A DNA stretch of 64,000 nt, taken from IMG/VR virus record IMGVR_UViG_3300032233_001498, positions 1-64,000 of that record, one strand, 5' to 3'. A program made the translations under genes and the position numbers. Below, one piece after another: positions 38,034 through 46,593 of the stretch. The stretch is from a virus. Its lineage: Duplodnaviria > Caudoviricetes. Position 1 is the stretch's first letter, and each line of letters starts with the position of its first letter. The notes under the pieces were generated by a model. That model saw only the letters and a program-made list of their open reading frames with translations, did no database searches and was not told where the DNA came from.

Positions 38034-38205
38034 TTCATCTCGGGATGGGATCGAGGTGGAGGCAACCTCGCTAAAAACCTTCACGAACACCTACCTTAGG
38101 TTCCGTTGGCCGCTACGGCATAAGGCGTCCGTGTAATTACACCCTTGACACGAAAGTTCAAGCCAGTATAAGGTAAGCTGGGCTGATGCGCCTAATGGGC
38201 ATCTA
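38034..38205 (+). ncRNA. GC-rich multi-hairpin structured RNA upstream of hsp20
   Basis: At least six stem-loops plus an alternative 7-bp pairing; begins right after the late-like box GATAAATA (38025-32). Confidence 0.55.
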
Positions 38206-38212
38206 TTTCGAT

Positions 38213-38239
38213 AACTCGCTTAATAAGGAGACTTTAATG
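38213..38239 (+). promoter_or_regulatory. ROSE-like RNA thermometer hairpin over the hsp20 SD
   Basis: CTCGCTT pairs with SD AAGGAG with a bulged G; contains the ROSE U(U/C)GCU motif. Confidence 0.55.
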
Positions 38240-38680
38240 ACGTTAATTCGTTCACCTTTTGGAACTTTGCTTCCATCTACAGTTGGTTTTGACCGTGTGT
38301 TCAATGTATTTGATAACATGGTTACAGAAAAATCAACATACCCTCACCACAATATTGTAAAAAAAGAAGACAACAAGTATATTGTTGAACTCGCTGTTTC
38401 TGGTTTCACCGATGCCGATATTGATATCGAAATTGTTGACAGCACTTTACATATTCGTGGTGCCAAAGAAGATAATGTAGAAGTAACATATCTACATCGT
38501 GGCATTGCTACTCGGTCTTTTCACAAAACTGTTCGCCTAGCCGAAACTGTTGAAGTGACTGGTGCTGACCTTGAAAATGGTATTCTCAAAGTCTATCTTG
38601 AAAACAAGGTAGAAGAAAAGAAATCTGTCAAGGTACCTATCGGTAAAATTGCCGGTAAAAAACAGTTACTCGTAGAGTAA
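38237..38680 (+). CDS. ibpA: Small heat-shock protein Hsp20/IbpA
   Basis: VGFDRVF, YPHHNIVK, ELAVSGF, YLHRGIATRSF, A.LENGIL. Confidence 0.93.
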   Translation: MTLIRSPFGTLLPSTVGFDRVFNVFDNMVTEKSTYPHHNIVKKEDNKYIVELAVSGFTDADIDIEIVDSTLHIRGAKEDNVEVTYLHRGIATRSFHKTVRLAETVEVTGADLENGILKVYLENKVEEKKSVKVPIGKIAGKKQLLVE

Positions 38681-38692
38681 TACTTCCGTACT

Positions 38693-38725
38693 AGTGTGGA
38701 TGTTTGCCGCATCCACACTTTTTTT
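38693..38725 (+). terminator. Intrinsic terminator after hsp20
   Basis: AGTGTGGATG-TTTGCCG-CATCCACACT plus T run. Confidence 0.8.
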
Positions 38726-38744
38726 ATGTTATAATGGACTCATT

Positions 38745-39680
38745 ATGAAAATCGCAATCTGTTCTGACATCCATTTAGAGTTTCGTACCATCGTGTTAGA
38801 AAACACAGAAGGTGCGGATGTGCTCGTTCTCTCAGGTGATATCTGTGTTGAGCGTGATTTACAAATGTACGACCGTAGACAAGTTGAGTTAGGTTTCTCA
38901 AGCAAGAAAAGTGATTCATACCATGAGTTCTTTCAAACTTGTGGAGAAAACTTTCCTCATGTAATCTACATTGCAGGTAATCACGAACACTATCATGGTG
39001 ACTATCGTTTCACTATTAATGAGTTGAAACGTAAACTGTCATATATCAAAAACTTGTATGTACTTGACCGTGAAATCAAAGTAATCGATGATGTAACATT
39101 CATTGGTGGTACTTTGTGGACTGATATGAACAAAGAAGACCCATTGACATTGCTTCATATGAAGTCAATGATGAATGATTTCGTTTGTGTTGCAAACAGT
39201 AATCGTCAAGTGAACTACAAGGTCTTTATGCCTGTAGATAAACCTGTTGGTGTGACTGATGAAGAATGGTTGAAAGAACCTACTGAAACACGGAACAAAC
39301 CTGTGTTTAAGACACGTGATGCAAAGTTTGCGCCAGAAGATGCAGTTGAAGACCATAAGAACATGTTGCAATACATTCAAGTGGTAACTGATATGATGGG
39401 TAAAAACGATAACAAATATGTTGTTGTTGGACACCATGCACCAAGTCGGCAGTCAACTCATCCACGTTACAAACAAGATGTAATTATGAATGGTGGTTAC
39501 TCAAGTGACTTGAATCAATTCATTGAAGACCGTCCTTGTATCAAATTGTGGACTCATGGACATACACATGAACCATTTGACTATATGATTGGTGAAACAC
39601 GAATCGTATGTAACCCACGTGGTTATAAGGGGCACGAACAACGTGCTGAAGATTTCGAATTAAAATATGTAGAGGTTTAA
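38745..39680 (+). CDS. Calcineurin-like metallophosphoesterase
   Basis: SDIH, LSGDI, AGNHEHY, GHHAP, HGHTH. Confidence 0.88.
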   Translation: MKIAICSDIHLEFRTIVLENTEGADVLVLSGDICVERDLQMYDRRQVELGFSSKKSDSYHEFFQTCGENFPHVIYIAGNHEHYHGDYRFTINELKRKLSYIKNLYVLDREIKVIDDVTFIGGTLWTDMNKEDPLTLLHMKSMMNDFVCVANSNRQVNYKVFMPVDKPVGVTDEEWLKEPTETRNKPVFKTRDAKFAPEDAVEDHKNMLQYIQVVTDMMGKNDNKYVVVGHHAPSRQSTHPRYKQDVIMNGGYSSDLNQFIEDRPCIKLWTHGHTHEPFDYMIGETRIVCNPRGYKGHEQRAEDFELKYVEV

Positions 39681-39995
39681 ATGAATACATATACACCCGA
39701 CCGTTGGGTTGTTTTAGAATTCGACTACAATGGTGATGACATTCGCAAGGTATTTGCAGGATGGTACGGTGGTTATGCCGGTTCTGATTCTTGGAAACTA
39801 TCAAGTGGCATCACAGAGACTAAAGAGTTTGAAGATAGATATGAGTTCCTTAACGAAAGTGGTTCACTCTATATCTGTTATAAAACTGGATATGGAATGG
39901 GTGGATATCAATCAGCAATTTATTATCAATGGCAAACTGAAGTTGCCAAGAGTGATAAAGTAACAATGAAATTAATAGAGGATTATGATGTATAA
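39681..39995 (+). CDS. Conserved phage hypothetical protein
   Basis: YTPDRWVV..KVFAGWYGGY.GSDSWKLSSG pattern; SD GAGG. Confidence 0.6.
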   Translation: MNTYTPDRWVVLEFDYNGDDIRKVFAGWYGGYAGSDSWKLSSGITETKEFEDRYEFLNESGSLYICYKTGYGMGGYQSAIYYQWQTEVAKSDKVTMKLIEDYDV

Positions 39996-40155
39996 AACAA
40001 GTGCAAACTTTAGAATTGAAAAACAAGTAAAACGTACAATGGCAACTATAGTTGACCCTATTGCTCGTAATGCATATAAGAATAGTATGATTCAAGCACA
40101 GATGTTTGAATTAAACAGTCGCCCAAAAGGCAAAGGTAAAAAGTCTGAAGCATGA
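39988..40155 (+). CDS. Small hypothetical protein (55 aa, not in ORF track)
   Basis: ORF MYKTSANFRIEKQVKR.. with SD GAGGA and an ATGA overlap into the dCMP deaminase gene. Confidence 0.55.
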   Translation: MYKTSANFRIEKQVKRTMATIVDPIARNAYKNSMIQAQMFELNSRPKGKGKKSEA

Positions 40156-40658
40156 AAACCAAGTACATTCAATCGTACATGGCAACTGCTGAAATCTTTG
40201 CTGAGCATTCTTCAGCAAAGAGACTTCACGTTGGTGCAGTCATTGTAAAAGATGACCGTATCATTTCTATTGGTTACAATGGAATGCCAAGTGGTTGGGA
40301 TAATACTTGTGAAGATAGAGACTATATGAGTTCTGATGCTGGCGGCTGGCTTAATCCAGATGAGATTGAGGAACGCTGGCCATTTGAAGATGAATCGGTG
40401 AAAAGTGGATATCGCAGATATGCATTGAAAACAAAACCTGAAGTACTTCATGCAGAAACTAATGCAATTGCTAAACTTGCAAAATCTACTGAGAGTGGTG
40501 ATGGTGCTACTATGTTCATCACTCATGCTCCTTGTGTTGATTGTGCCAAGTTGGTTTATCAGAGTGGTATTAATTCTGTCTACTACCGCAACAGTTATCG
40601 TGATGAAAATGGAATTGAATTCTTGAGAAAAGCAGGAGTAAAAGTTGAACAATTATAA
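40152..40658 (+). CDS. cd: dCMP deaminase
   Basis: VGAVIVKD.RIISIGYNG, HAETNAI, THAPCVDCAK. Confidence 0.93.
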   Translation: MKTKYIQSYMATAEIFAEHSSAKRLHVGAVIVKDDRIISIGYNGMPSGWDNTCEDRDYMSSDAGGWLNPDEIEERWPFEDESVKSGYRRYALKTKPEVLHAETNAIAKLAKSTESGDGATMFITHAPCVDCAKLVYQSGINSVYYRNSYRDENGIEFLRKAGVKVEQL

Positions 40659-41277
40659 ATCATACACATCGAATGTATTAGAAATTTGTGATAACGGTGA
40701 TGCAATCATTGAATTGCCACCTGAATTATGTAAAGAAATGGGTTGGGAAACAGGCACAGTTTTAAACATCGAAGAAAAAGATGGTGCTATTTACCTCAAC
40801 GAAGTAAAACCTATGGAGAAAAATATGAGTTTAACAATTAAGAATCTTGAGGCCGCTTTTGCAGGTGAGTCTCAAGCACATACAAAATATCGATACTTTG
40901 CCAAATTGGCACGTGCAGAAGGTTTCGAAGATGTTGCAAAACACTTTGAACATACTGCTGACCAAGAGTTACTTCATGCATGGGGGCACCTTGAATTATT
41001 GATTGGTAAACCTGATACCAAAAAATGTCTTGAAATGGCAATCGCAGGTGAGACAGAAGAATATACAAATATGTACCCTACAATGAAAGCAGAAGCAATC
41101 GTTGAAGGTAACCAAGAAGCAGAACGTGAAGCAGCACATCAAATTGCTGAATCAGAATACCATGCACAAGAATTTAGAAAAGTTCTTGCCCAAGCAGAGA
41201 AACGTTTTGCTGCGTTAGCTAAAGTTGAGAAACGTCATGCAAGTGCTTATCAAAAAATGTTACAGGAGATTCAATAA
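40645..41277 (+). CDS. rbr: AbrB-like N-terminal module fused in frame to a short rubrerythrin (internal start at 40825)
   Basis: First 56 aa AIIELPPELCKEMGWETGTVL (AbrB/SpoVT-like); then NLEAAFAGESQA..Y..FA, E..H, GETEEY..MYP, E..H di-iron motifs; GGAG at 40815 precedes ATG 40825. Confidence 0.8.
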   Translation: MNNYKSYTSNVLEICDNGDAIIELPPELCKEMGWETGTVLNIEEKDGAIYLNEVKPMEKNMSLTIKNLEAAFAGESQAHTKYRYFAKLARAEGFEDVAKHFEHTADQELLHAWGHLELLIGKPDTKKCLEMAIAGETEEYTNMYPTMKAEAIVEGNQEAEREAAHQIAESEYHAQEFRKVLAQAEKRFAALAKVEKRHASAYQKMLQEIQ

Positions 41278-41408
41278 TGGAACACGTATGCATAGTTTGT
41301 GGTCATGTACACGATGAAACAACAGAAGGTAAATGGGAAGATTTACCGAATACATTTGAATGTCCAGAATGTGGCGTAGGTAAAGAAGACTACGTTGCAA
41401 TGGACTGA
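41277..41408 (+). CDS. rub: Rubredoxin (43 aa, not in ORF track)
   Basis: MEHVCIVCGHVHDE..WEDLPNTFECPECGVGKEDY: two CxxC motifs; translationally coupled to rubrerythrin. Confidence 0.9.
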   Translation: MEHVCIVCGHVHDETTEGKWEDLPNTFECPECGVGKEDYVAMD

Positions 41409-41420
41409 TATATACAATAT

Positions 41421-41494
41421 AGCGGATTAGTGAAACGGTATCACAAAGGACTCATAATCCTTAATTCCTAGTTCGAATCTGGGGTCCGCAACCA
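41421..41494 (+). tRNA. tRNA-Met(CAT), initiator-like
   Basis: Cloverleaf with loop CTCATAA, T loop TTCGAAT, encoded CCA; 3' end CCGCAACCA and a 1:72 mismatch as in tRNA-fMet. Confidence 0.88.
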
Positions 41495-41503
41495 AGGATA
41501 ATT

Positions 41504-41854
41504 ATGACAATGAATAGTGATGTGGTGCGTTTTATTGACGCCTGTGACCAATTGAAATTACCAGAGAATGCATCTTTGTATCGCAACCTCATGGTAGAAG
41601 AATACAATGAATTCATTGTAGCACTAAACAAAAAAGACGAAGTAGAACAACTAGATGCCTGCATGGACTTAATTTGGGTGACCCTCGGATTTTGTTACAT
41701 GAAAGGTTATGATGTAGACGGCGCATGGACAGAAGTTGCCCGAAGCAATCTTGCCAAGATTGATGCAACAACAGGCAAGGTTATCAAGCGTGCAGACGGT
41801 AAAGTTCTCAAACCTGAGGGCTGGACACCGCCTGACCTAAGACCTTACGTTTAA
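41504..41854 (+). CDS. MazG-like/PRA-PH nucleotide pyrophosphohydrolase
   Basis: EEYNE, EQLDACMDLIWV, EVARSNLAK, KRADGKVLKPEGW.PPDL. Confidence 0.8.
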   Translation: MTMNSDVVRFIDACDQLKLPENASLYRNLMVEEYNEFIVALNKKDEVEQLDACMDLIWVTLGFCYMKGYDVDGAWTEVARSNLAKIDATTGKVIKRADGKVLKPEGWTPPDLRPYV

Positions 41855-41862
41855 GGTAAAGA

Positions 41863-41904
41863 TGTAACATAGAGCTTGTTATCTAACATAAACTATGTTA
41901 CAAT
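41863..41904 (+). promoter_or_regulatory. Sigma70-type promoter inside a 10-bp inverted repeat
   Basis: TTGTTA (41876-81), 17 nt, TACAAT (41899-904); flanked by TGTAACATAG/CTATGTTACA. Confidence 0.55.
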
Positions 41905-41941
41905 GCACAATCAATGTTAATTAATGAGGTTAGATTTTAAT

Positions 41942-42172
41942 ATGAACACCAACAAACTCGCAAAACAAATCGCTATCGAAAACAATTTGCCACGGGCATA
42001 TAAGTACGATTTGTTCCTGAGGAATTTCGACAATATGGTTGAAGTTGTGGGACTTGTGGATGACCCCACAAGTGATATGAGAAATTATGTAGGAAGGGAA
42101 ATGATGTTCCCTAAAAAGTGGGTCACACTTGATGTGATGGATGCAAAAGCTAACTTTAAGATGCCAGCATAA
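41942..42172 (+). CDS. Small hypothetical protein
   Basis: SD GAGGT upstream; has its own promoter. Confidence 0.6.
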   Translation: MNTNKLAKQIAIENNLPRAYKYDLFLRNFDNMVEVVGLVDDPTSDMRNYVGREMMFPKKWVTLDVMDAKANFKMPA

Positions 42173-42342
42173 TGTATCGGGTTTCATACACAAATGATAA
42201 AAATCCTGCTGTGTATATCAGAGAGTTTGAAACTTTCTCTGACGCAGCCTCATTTTCACTACAACAACATTTTATTATAGAGATTAAACATTATGAATTT
42301 AAAACTAATAACTCTCAAGACGAATCATACAATTTTGGGTGA
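42172..42342 (+). CDS. Small hypothetical protein (56 aa, not in ORF track)
   Basis: ATG coupled to the previous stop (TAATG); overlaps the next gene by 50 nt. Confidence 0.35.
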   Translation: MYRVSYTNDKNPAVYIREFETFSDAASFSLQQHFIIEIKHYEFKTNNSQDESYNFG

Positions 42343-42607
42343 TGTGACAGACCTGCCTGAAAATTCTTTCGTAAACATTACCAAACCAGTTCAGGTTATT
42401 TCCGTACCACCAAGTCAAACTAATCCGCAAGGTGGTATTGCATTCTCACCATTCGTAGAATACTCAGAAGAATTTAAATCTGGTGGTTACAATATTCAGC
42501 GTGCTGATATTCTATTCGTGTCTACTCCGGTACGTGAACTAGAAAATCAATACAGTCAAATTTTCGGTAGTGGTATTCAAATTGCCTCATCTATTCCAAA
42601 TGTGTGA
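42293..42607 (+). CDS. Conserved hypothetical protein (Sm-like) upstream of DNA polymerase
   Basis: LKLITLKTNHTILG..KPVQV..FSPF..ELENQYSQIFGSGI. Confidence 0.6.
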   Translation: MNLKLITLKTNHTILGDVTDLPENSFVNITKPVQVISVPPSQTNPQGGIAFSPFVEYSEEFKSGGYNIQRADILFVSTPVRELENQYSQIFGSGIQIASSIPNV

Positions 42608-42619
42608 TATAATCAATAA

Positions 42620-45148
42620 ATGAATTACTATACAAGTGTATTGACAGTTGGCAATAACATTCTGTATCGTGGAGTTAAAGAAGGTCGGCGAGTAAAACTG
42701 AAAATCGGCTACTCGCCTACACTTTTTTTGGCAGCCAAGAAACAGAGTAAGTTTTCGAATCTTCAAGGCGAGCCACTCGAACCTATGAAGTTTGAAAACA
42801 TGAGAGAAGCCCGTGACTTCATTAAAAACTATGAAGACGTTGGCAACTTTAAAATCTATGGTCAATCTCGTTTCGAATATGCCTTTATTGCTGAACAGCA
42901 TAAGGGTATGATTGATTGGGACAAAGACCAAATTTCTATTGGTGTAATCGATATCGAGGTCGGTTCAGAGAATGGTTTCCCTGACCCATATAAAGCATAT
43001 GAACCAATCACAGCTATCTGTTTGAAGTATGTGAGTGGTGAAACATATGTGTGGGGTTGTGGTGATTATGAAAACAAAGGCAATGAAATCTATATCAAGT
43101 GCCGTGATGAACATGACCTGATGACCAAGTTCTTGCAACAATGGCAAGAACAAACACCAGATATTATTACTGGTTGGAACATTAAGTTCTTTGATATTCC
43201 ATATCTGTGCAATCGTTTTGAGAAACTATCTGGTGAAGATGCCAAAGAGAAACTTTCGCCTTGGGGTATAATCTCTGAGCGTAAAGTTATGGCGATGGGT
43301 AAAGAAAACGTTGCATATGAATTACTTGGTTGTGCCACACTAGACTATATTGAATTGTACAGATGGTATGCGCCGGGTGGTAAATCACAAGAATCATATC
43401 GCCTTGACAATATCGCCAACGTTGAAATTGGTGATGCGAAGTTGACATATGATGAATATGATAACTTGCACGACCTATACAAACGTAATTACCAACTCTT
43501 TATTGAATACAACATTAAAGACGTTGAGTTGATTTTGAAATTGGATGAGAAGTTGAAGTTGCTTGAATTGGCAATGACACTTGCATATGATACCAAAACC
43601 AACTATGAAGATATCTTTGCACAAACCCGCATGTGGGATTCAATGACTTATTCCTATTTGTTGGAACAAGGCATCGTTGTACCGCCACGTATTGTTCAAA
43701 GTAAAAACTCCGCATTTGAAGGTGCATATGTTAAAGATGTACAAGTTGGTATGCATAATTATGTTGCCAGTTTTGACTTGAATTCTTTGTACCCTCATTT
43801 GATGATGCAGTACAATATCTCACCTGAGACATTGATACAACCCGAAGACTATACACCAGAGATGCGCCAGATTCTTTCGCAAGGTGTAACAGTCGATAAG
43901 ATGATTGATAAATTGATTGACTTATCACAATTAAAGAATGCAACGATTACACCAAATGGTCAATTCTTCCGTACAGACAAGATTGGTTTCTTGCCTAAGA
44001 TGATGGAAGAAATGTATGAAGACCGTAAAAAGTTTAAGAACTTGATGATTAAGGCGAAGCAAGATTATGAAGTTGAAACTGATGATTCTAAAAAGTATGA
44101 GATTGAAAAACGTATCGCTCGATATAACAATCTACAACTAGCAAAGAAAGTCGGTTTGAACTCTGCTTATGGTGCTCTTGGTTCACAATATTTCCGTTTC
44201 TATGACTTACGTATGGCTCTCGCAGTTACACTTGCAGGCCAATTGTCTATTCGTTGGATTGAAAAGAAACTTAATGCCTATATGAATGGCTTACTAAAAA
44301 CGAATAAAGATTATGTTATCGCCTCAGACACAGATTCGATTTATCTCAAGATTGGTCCACTTGTTAACAAAGTGTATTCTGAAAAGACAGATGTTAATCA
44401 GATTATCTCCTTCATGGACCGTGTCTGTGAGGATAAGATTCAACCTTACATTGACGAAAGTTATCAGGAACTTGCTACGTATGTCCATGCGTATTCCCAA
44501 AAAATGCAAATGAAACGTGAAGCCTTGGCAGATAAAGGTATCTGGACTGCCAAGAAACGTTACATCATGCATGTATACAACAACGAAGGCGTTCAATACA
44601 CCACACCCGATATTAAGGTGATGGGTCTTGAAATGGTCAAGTCATCTACTCCATCTATCATTCGTGGTAAGATGAAGGAATTGATTGCGTTGTGTTTACG
44701 TGGAAGTGAAGAAGATGTGCAAAAATTTATCTCCGATTTTAGAGAAGAATTCAAAGGTCTACCACCCGAAGAAATTAGTTTCCCACGTGGTCTGAACAAC
44801 TTGAAAGAGTATTCCGATTCTACAATGCTGTATAAGAAAGGCACACCTATTCACGTTAAAGGTGCGATTATCTACAATCACTTTTTGAAACAGATGGGTC
44901 TTGAAAAGAAGTACCCTCTAATTCAGGAAGGCGAGAAGTTGAAGTTTACATATCTCAAACAACCTAATCCGTTTAAAGATATGGTAATTTCATACCCTGG
45001 TCGTTTGCCTTCTGAATTTGGTATGCATCAATACGTTGATTATGACACACAGTTTTCAAAGGCATTCCTTGAACCTGTTGATGTTATCATTAAAAGTATT
45101 GGTTGGAATCATGAGAAGGTAAACTCGCTAGAGTCCTTCTTTGGTTGA
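42620..45148 (+). CDS. gp43: Family B DNA polymerase gp43
   Basis: Exonuclease DIE, GWNIKFFDIPY, YNIKD; polymerase SFDLNSLYPH, K..LNSAYG, SDTDS. Confidence 0.98.
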   Translation: MNYYTSVLTVGNNILYRGVKEGRRVKLKIGYSPTLFLAAKKQSKFSNLQGEPLEPMKFENMREARDFIKNYEDVGNFKIYGQSRFEYAFIAEQHKGMIDWDKDQISIGVIDIEVGSENGFPDPYKAYEPITAICLKYVSGETYVWGCGDYENKGNEIYIKCRDEHDLMTKFLQQWQEQTPDIITGWNIKFFDIPYLCNRFEKLSGEDAKEKLSPWGIISERKVMAMGKENVAYELLGCATLDYIELYRWYAPGGKSQESYRLDNIANVEIGDAKLTYDEYDNLHDLYKRNYQLFIEYNIKDVELILKLDEKLKLLELAMTLAYDTKTNYEDIFAQTRMWDSMTYSYLLEQGIVVPPRIVQSKNSAFEGAYVKDVQVGMHNYVASFDLNSLYPHLMMQYNISPETLIQPEDYTPEMRQILSQGVTVDKMIDKLIDLSQLKNATITPNGQFFRTDKIGFLPKMMEEMYEDRKKFKNLMIKAKQDYEVETDDSKKYEIEKRIARYNNLQLAKKVGLNSAYGALGSQYFRFYDLRMALAVTLAGQLSIRWIEKKLNAYMNGLLKTNKDYVIASDTDSIYLKIGPLVNKVYSEKTDVNQIISFMDRVCEDKIQPYIDESYQELATYVHAYSQKMQMKREALADKGIWTAKKRYIMHVYNNEGVQYTTPDIKVMGLEMVKSSTPSIIRGKMKELIALCLRGSEEDVQKFISDFREEFKGLPPEEISFPRGLNNLKEYSDSTMLYKKGTPIHVKGAIIYNHFLKQMGLEKKYPLIQEGEKLKFTYLKQPNPFKDMVISYPGRLPSEFGMHQYVDYDTQFSKAFLEPVDVIIKSIGWNHEKVNSLESFFG

Positions 45149-45160
45149 ACTAAATATAAT

Positions 45161-45182
45161 AGTGGGGTAGTTCCCCACTTTA
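45161..45182 (+). terminator. Hairpin after gene 43
   Basis: AGTGGGG-TAGTT-CCCCACT-TT; a late-like ACTAAATA at 45149-56 precedes it. Confidence 0.55.
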
Positions 45183-45212
45183 AAACAATCAACACAACAT
45201 AAAGGAAATAAA

Positions 45213-46265
45213 ATGAGTTTACTCGAAAAAATGAAAAAAGTTGGTTCTATTAAATCTGTAGAACTATTAAGTGAATCAACCTTCTTCAACAAGAAGGAAG
45301 CAGTACAAACCGAAGTGCCAATTATTAACATGGCATTATCCGGTGAAGTGGATGGTGGTTTAGTATCAGGTCTTACCTTTCTAGCCGGCCCATCAAAACA
45401 TTTCAAATCTCTCCTCGGTTTAGTTATGGTAAAGTCCTACATGGACAAGTATAAAGATGCCATCTGTTTATTCTATGATTCAGAATTCGGTATCACACCA
45501 GACTATATTAAAACCAACGGCATCGACACAGAACGTGTACTACACATTCCAATTGAACACTTAGAACAGTTGAAGTTTGATATCTCTAAACGATTAGAGG
45601 CAATCGAACGTGGTGACAAAGTGATTATCTTTATTGATTCAGTTGGCAACTTGGCTTCAAAGAAAGAAGTTGAAGATGCACTTGATGAAAAATCAGTTGC
45701 AGATATGTCACGTGCTCGTGTTATGAAGTCTCTATGGCGTATCGTTACACCACACTTGACCACAAAAGATATTCCATGTATCGCAGTCAATCATACTTAC
45801 CAAACTATGGAAATGTTTAGTAAATCTGTTATGTCTGGTGGCACAGGCGGTATGTACTCCGCTAATCAAGTGTTTATCATTGGCAAAGCACAAGAAAAAG
45901 ATGGCACAGACCTAGTTGGTTGGAACTTCACCATCAACATTGAGAAGTCACGTTTTGTCCGTGAGAAATCCAAGTTCCCATTTCTTGTTACATTCGAAGG
46001 CGGTATTCAGAAATATTCTGGTCTAATGGACATTGCACTTGAAGGTGGCTTTGTAACTAAACCATCAAATGGTTGGTTTTCAAAAGTTGACCGTGCAACA
46101 GGTGAAATCGGTGAGAAGAAACGCATGGCTGACACCTTGTGTGCTGAATTTTGGGATTCAATCCTTAAAGACCAAGAGTTCAAAGATTACGTTAAATCTA
46201 AATTCACTATTGCTTATGGTAGTTTAATGGGAGAACAAAATGTTCAATCTGAACAAATTGCCTAA
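45213..46265 (+). CDS. uvsX: RecA-like recombinase UvsX
   Basis: AGPSKHFKS, YDSEFG, IDSVGNLASKKE, NHTYQT, GGTG..YSA. Confidence 0.96.
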   Translation: MSLLEKMKKVGSIKSVELLSESTFFNKKEAVQTEVPIINMALSGEVDGGLVSGLTFLAGPSKHFKSLLGLVMVKSYMDKYKDAICLFYDSEFGITPDYIKTNGIDTERVLHIPIEHLEQLKFDISKRLEAIERGDKVIIFIDSVGNLASKKEVEDALDEKSVADMSRARVMKSLWRIVTPHLTTKDIPCIAVNHTYQTMEMFSKSVMSGGTGGMYSANQVFIIGKAQEKDGTDLVGWNFTINIEKSRFVREKSKFPFLVTFEGGIQKYSGLMDIALEGGFVTKPSNGWFSKVDRATGEIGEKKRMADTLCAEFWDSILKDQEFKDYVKSKFTIAYGSLMGEQNVQSEQIA

Positions 46266-46593
46266 AGAAGGCACACATTATGAGTTTATTGAAACACCGG
46301 AAGTAACTAGTGTAAAACTCATCAAAGGTAAATATAAAGACATTGTTTATAATTACGGCACGGTAAAGGTTGTACCTGATGAATCTAAGCCTACTGTCCA
46401 ATTTGATTACACAGTCACCAACTTTGGTAAACATGAGCCTGACCTATTGACGGCAGACAAAAAATTCACTAAAATGATGGGTGACATATTAATTAATATT
46501 TTTGAAACCGAAATGAACGGTTTTGATTGGACAAAAAAGGAAGAAGATGAATCGTCTGGAATTATCGATACTGAAGAACCTGATTTACAATGA
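46240..46593 (+). CDS. Hypothetical protein in the gp40 (head vertex chaperone) position
   Basis: Between uvsX and gene 41; G.YK..VYNYG.V pattern. Confidence 0.45.
   Translation: MFNLNKLPKEGTHYEFIETPEVTSVKLIKGKYKDIVYNYGTVKVVPDESKPTVQFDYTVTNFGKHEPDLLTADKKFTKMMGDILINIFETEMNGFDWTKKEEDESSGIIDTEEPDLQ

Noticed and set aside
38140-38205. Hammerhead or other self-cleaving ribozyme (CTGATG and GAAA present)
   Set aside because: The core is CTGATGC rather than CTGATGA and the order and stems do not fit; no pistol, twister or HDV topology was recognised.
38704-38735. Canonical -35/-10 promoter for the metallophosphoesterase
   Set aside because: TTGCCG to TATAAT spacing is 20 nt; at most an extended -10 promoter.
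41395-41418. Dedicated promoter for tRNA-Met (TTGCAA..TACAAT)
   Set aside because: The spacer is only 12 nt and the -10 ends 2 nt before the tRNA; co-transcription from upstream is more likely.
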